From: Squalus acanthias
Taxonomy: Eukaryota
Reading direction: 5' to 3'
Assembly (NCBI GenBank): GCA_030390025.1
Contig: CM059433.1
Span: forward strand, 30,940,001-31,004,000
Length of the DNA: 64,000 bases
Positions 62,340-64,000 of the stretch are shown one piece after another. How positions within the stretch are numbered: position 1 is the stretch's first letter; every line of letters begins with the position of its first letter. Below the pieces are notes generated by a model. That model saw nothing but the letters and a program-made list of their open reading frames with translations, did not search any database and had not been told where the DNA came from. The translations under genes were made by a program, and so were the position numbers.

Positions 62340-62835
62340 CATAACATTACATCGAATTTGCAGCACAGAAACAGGCCATTCGACCCAATAGCTATGATCT
62401 ATGCCAATGTTTATGCTCCAAATGAGCCTCCTCTCACCCGTCTTCATCTAACCCTATCAACATATCCTTCTATTCCTTTCTCCCTTATATGCTTATCTAG
62501 CTTCCCCTTAAATGCATCTCTAGGCTCCCCTGAAAGGCATTTATACTATTTGCCTCAACTACTCCATGTGGCAGCGAGTTCCACAATTTAACCATTCTCT
62601 GGGTAAAGACGTTTATCCAGAATTGGATTTATTAGTGATATTCATCTTATACTTATGACCCCTAGTTTTGGATTTCCCCACAAGCAGAAACAGCTTCTCT
62701 ACATCTACCCTTTCATACCCTTTCATAATCTTAAAGACCTCTATTAGACTCAATCTTTCCTGATAGGTATAAAATCTCAGTTCGGGTATCACCCTTGTAA
62801 ATCTTTTTGGCACTTTCTCCAGTGCCTCTACATCT
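62340..62835 (-). mobile_element. CR1 3' fragment
   Basis: KDVEALEKVPKRFTRVIP...TRGHKYK. Confidence 0.85.
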
Positions 62836-63121
62836 TTTTGTAACACTTGAGCAGAACTGCACACGATACTCCAACTTCTCTGCTTTTCAATTCTGATATT
62901 AAAAATGCCCCAAGTCCCCAGTGAACAGATGAGTGGGTCATAACCAACACACCTGTGGAAAACACCAGTCTCATTACAACTAAAAAGGTTTTCATAACCT
63001 TTGAGGAGCCCAAGCAACACATTTTCTAACCAGTGCTCTGCGCCTGTGGCAGCGGAGTTAAGCTTTTCTCCGTGTGCACAAAGGAACCCTCTGTTGTGGT
63101 GACACTTCCATCTCTGAGGCC

Positions 63122-63280
63122 TGCATCAGGCCTGCCAAGTGCCTCCGCCAACTGCTTGCCTTTTTGGGCTGAAAGGGGACCACTGATATGTGCCTCTCTC
63201 CCACGGGCATTCTGAAACCAGGGCAGAAGTGTCTCCTGGCCTTCCCCACCCTTTCCCTCGCACCTCCTCCTCTGCTGTTC
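63122..63280 (-). pseudogene. Tigger/pogo transposase remnant (CENP-B-type HTH)
   Basis: Manual translation RRRCEGKGGEGQETLLPWFQNARGREAHISGPLSAQKGKQLAEALGRPD resembles the LxxWFxxxR...ISGPxxxxKAxxxAxxLG HTH_Tnp_Tc5 pattern. Confidence 0.65.
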
Positions 63281-63684
63281 ACACTATCCCTGTGTAAGTC
63301 GGCGTCAGTAGAGTTAGGTAGACTGAAGTGCTGTGTTAGGTCGCACTGGCTCATAGTCGTCCATCTTGTTTAGGAGGTCAATTTACGTGCTGGAGCTCAT
63401 CGCTTTTCTCTTACCAGCCATGGTTGCTGCTGCAGTCATTAGTTTCCTACATTACAACAGTGACTACACTTCAGAAGTACTTTATTGGCTGTAAAGCGCT
63501 TGAAGGTCGTGAAAGGCGCTATATAAATGCAGATTATTTCTTTTTTTAGTCAGTGCTGTTAGTTCCAAACTGCAACTTGACACTAATGACAGGGGATTAA
63601 GTAGCCATGGTATTCGCACCTTAATGAGGTGCGAACGGCTGAGTCTGCCTGAAATAGCAGAGTGATCAATATGGTATAAGCAGT

Positions 63685-63812
63685 TCTGACGAAGGGTTTC
63701 GACCTGAAACGTTAACTCTGTTTCTCTCTCCACGGATGTTGCATGGCCTGCTGAGTTTTTCCAGCGTTTTCTGTTGTTGTTTCAATTTTCCAGCATCCGC
63801 AGTATTTTGCTT
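63685..63812 (+). mobile_element. 128-bp Penelope-derived insertion beginning at a hammerhead (63682-63717)
   Basis: 13-bp TSD TGGTATAAGCAGT at 63672-63684 and 63813-63825. Confidence 0.85.
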
Positions 63813-64000
63813 TGGTATAAGCAGTGCCTTTGTCACTGACATCTATGGGAATGGCAAATGGCTATTGTTAGCTCCCCGTTATAAACGGCTGGCCACAATA
63901 ATCCCGGGCAGTGTAAGTGGCGCTGACGGTAAATGTAGGTTGGGTAGGGTTGAATGATGGGTAGGGTTGAATAATGAGCGGGGAAAACAGTGACATGAAG

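Noticed and set aside
53385..64000. Upstream EYS exon (and the downstream exon in 1-23231)
   Set aside because: I scanned by eye for Cys-spaced minus-strand segments and found none; probably outside the window, though a miss is possible.

Overview
Eukaryotic (cartilaginous-fish / shark-like) genomic DNA, almost entirely intronic. Three EGF-repeat coding exons of an EYS (eyes shut homolog) gene lie on the minus strand (53125-53384, 26822-26918, 23232-23339). They have GT-AG ends and join in frame; the flanking exons appear to be outside the window. The introns are dense with transposons: CR1 and L2 LINE fragments, a single-ORF APE-RT LINE with a tRNA-like head plus its short SINE-like derivative, HE1 (V-SINE) and SacSINE1-type (Deu-domain) SINEs, Penelope-like elements whose pseudo-LTRs carry minimal hammerhead ribozymes, hAT-type MITEs with 8-bp TSDs, and a large PIF/Harbinger assemblage. 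That assemblage includes one decayed two-gene element (DDE transposase plus Myb/SANT protein), two sibling non-autonomous elements and many MITEs with a shared inward-facing TTAAAGGG motif often followed by a splice donor. A 23-bp minisatellite has expanded out of an L2 coding motif. Family names come from recalled consensus features, not from a database search, and TE boundaries without a stated TSD are approximate.
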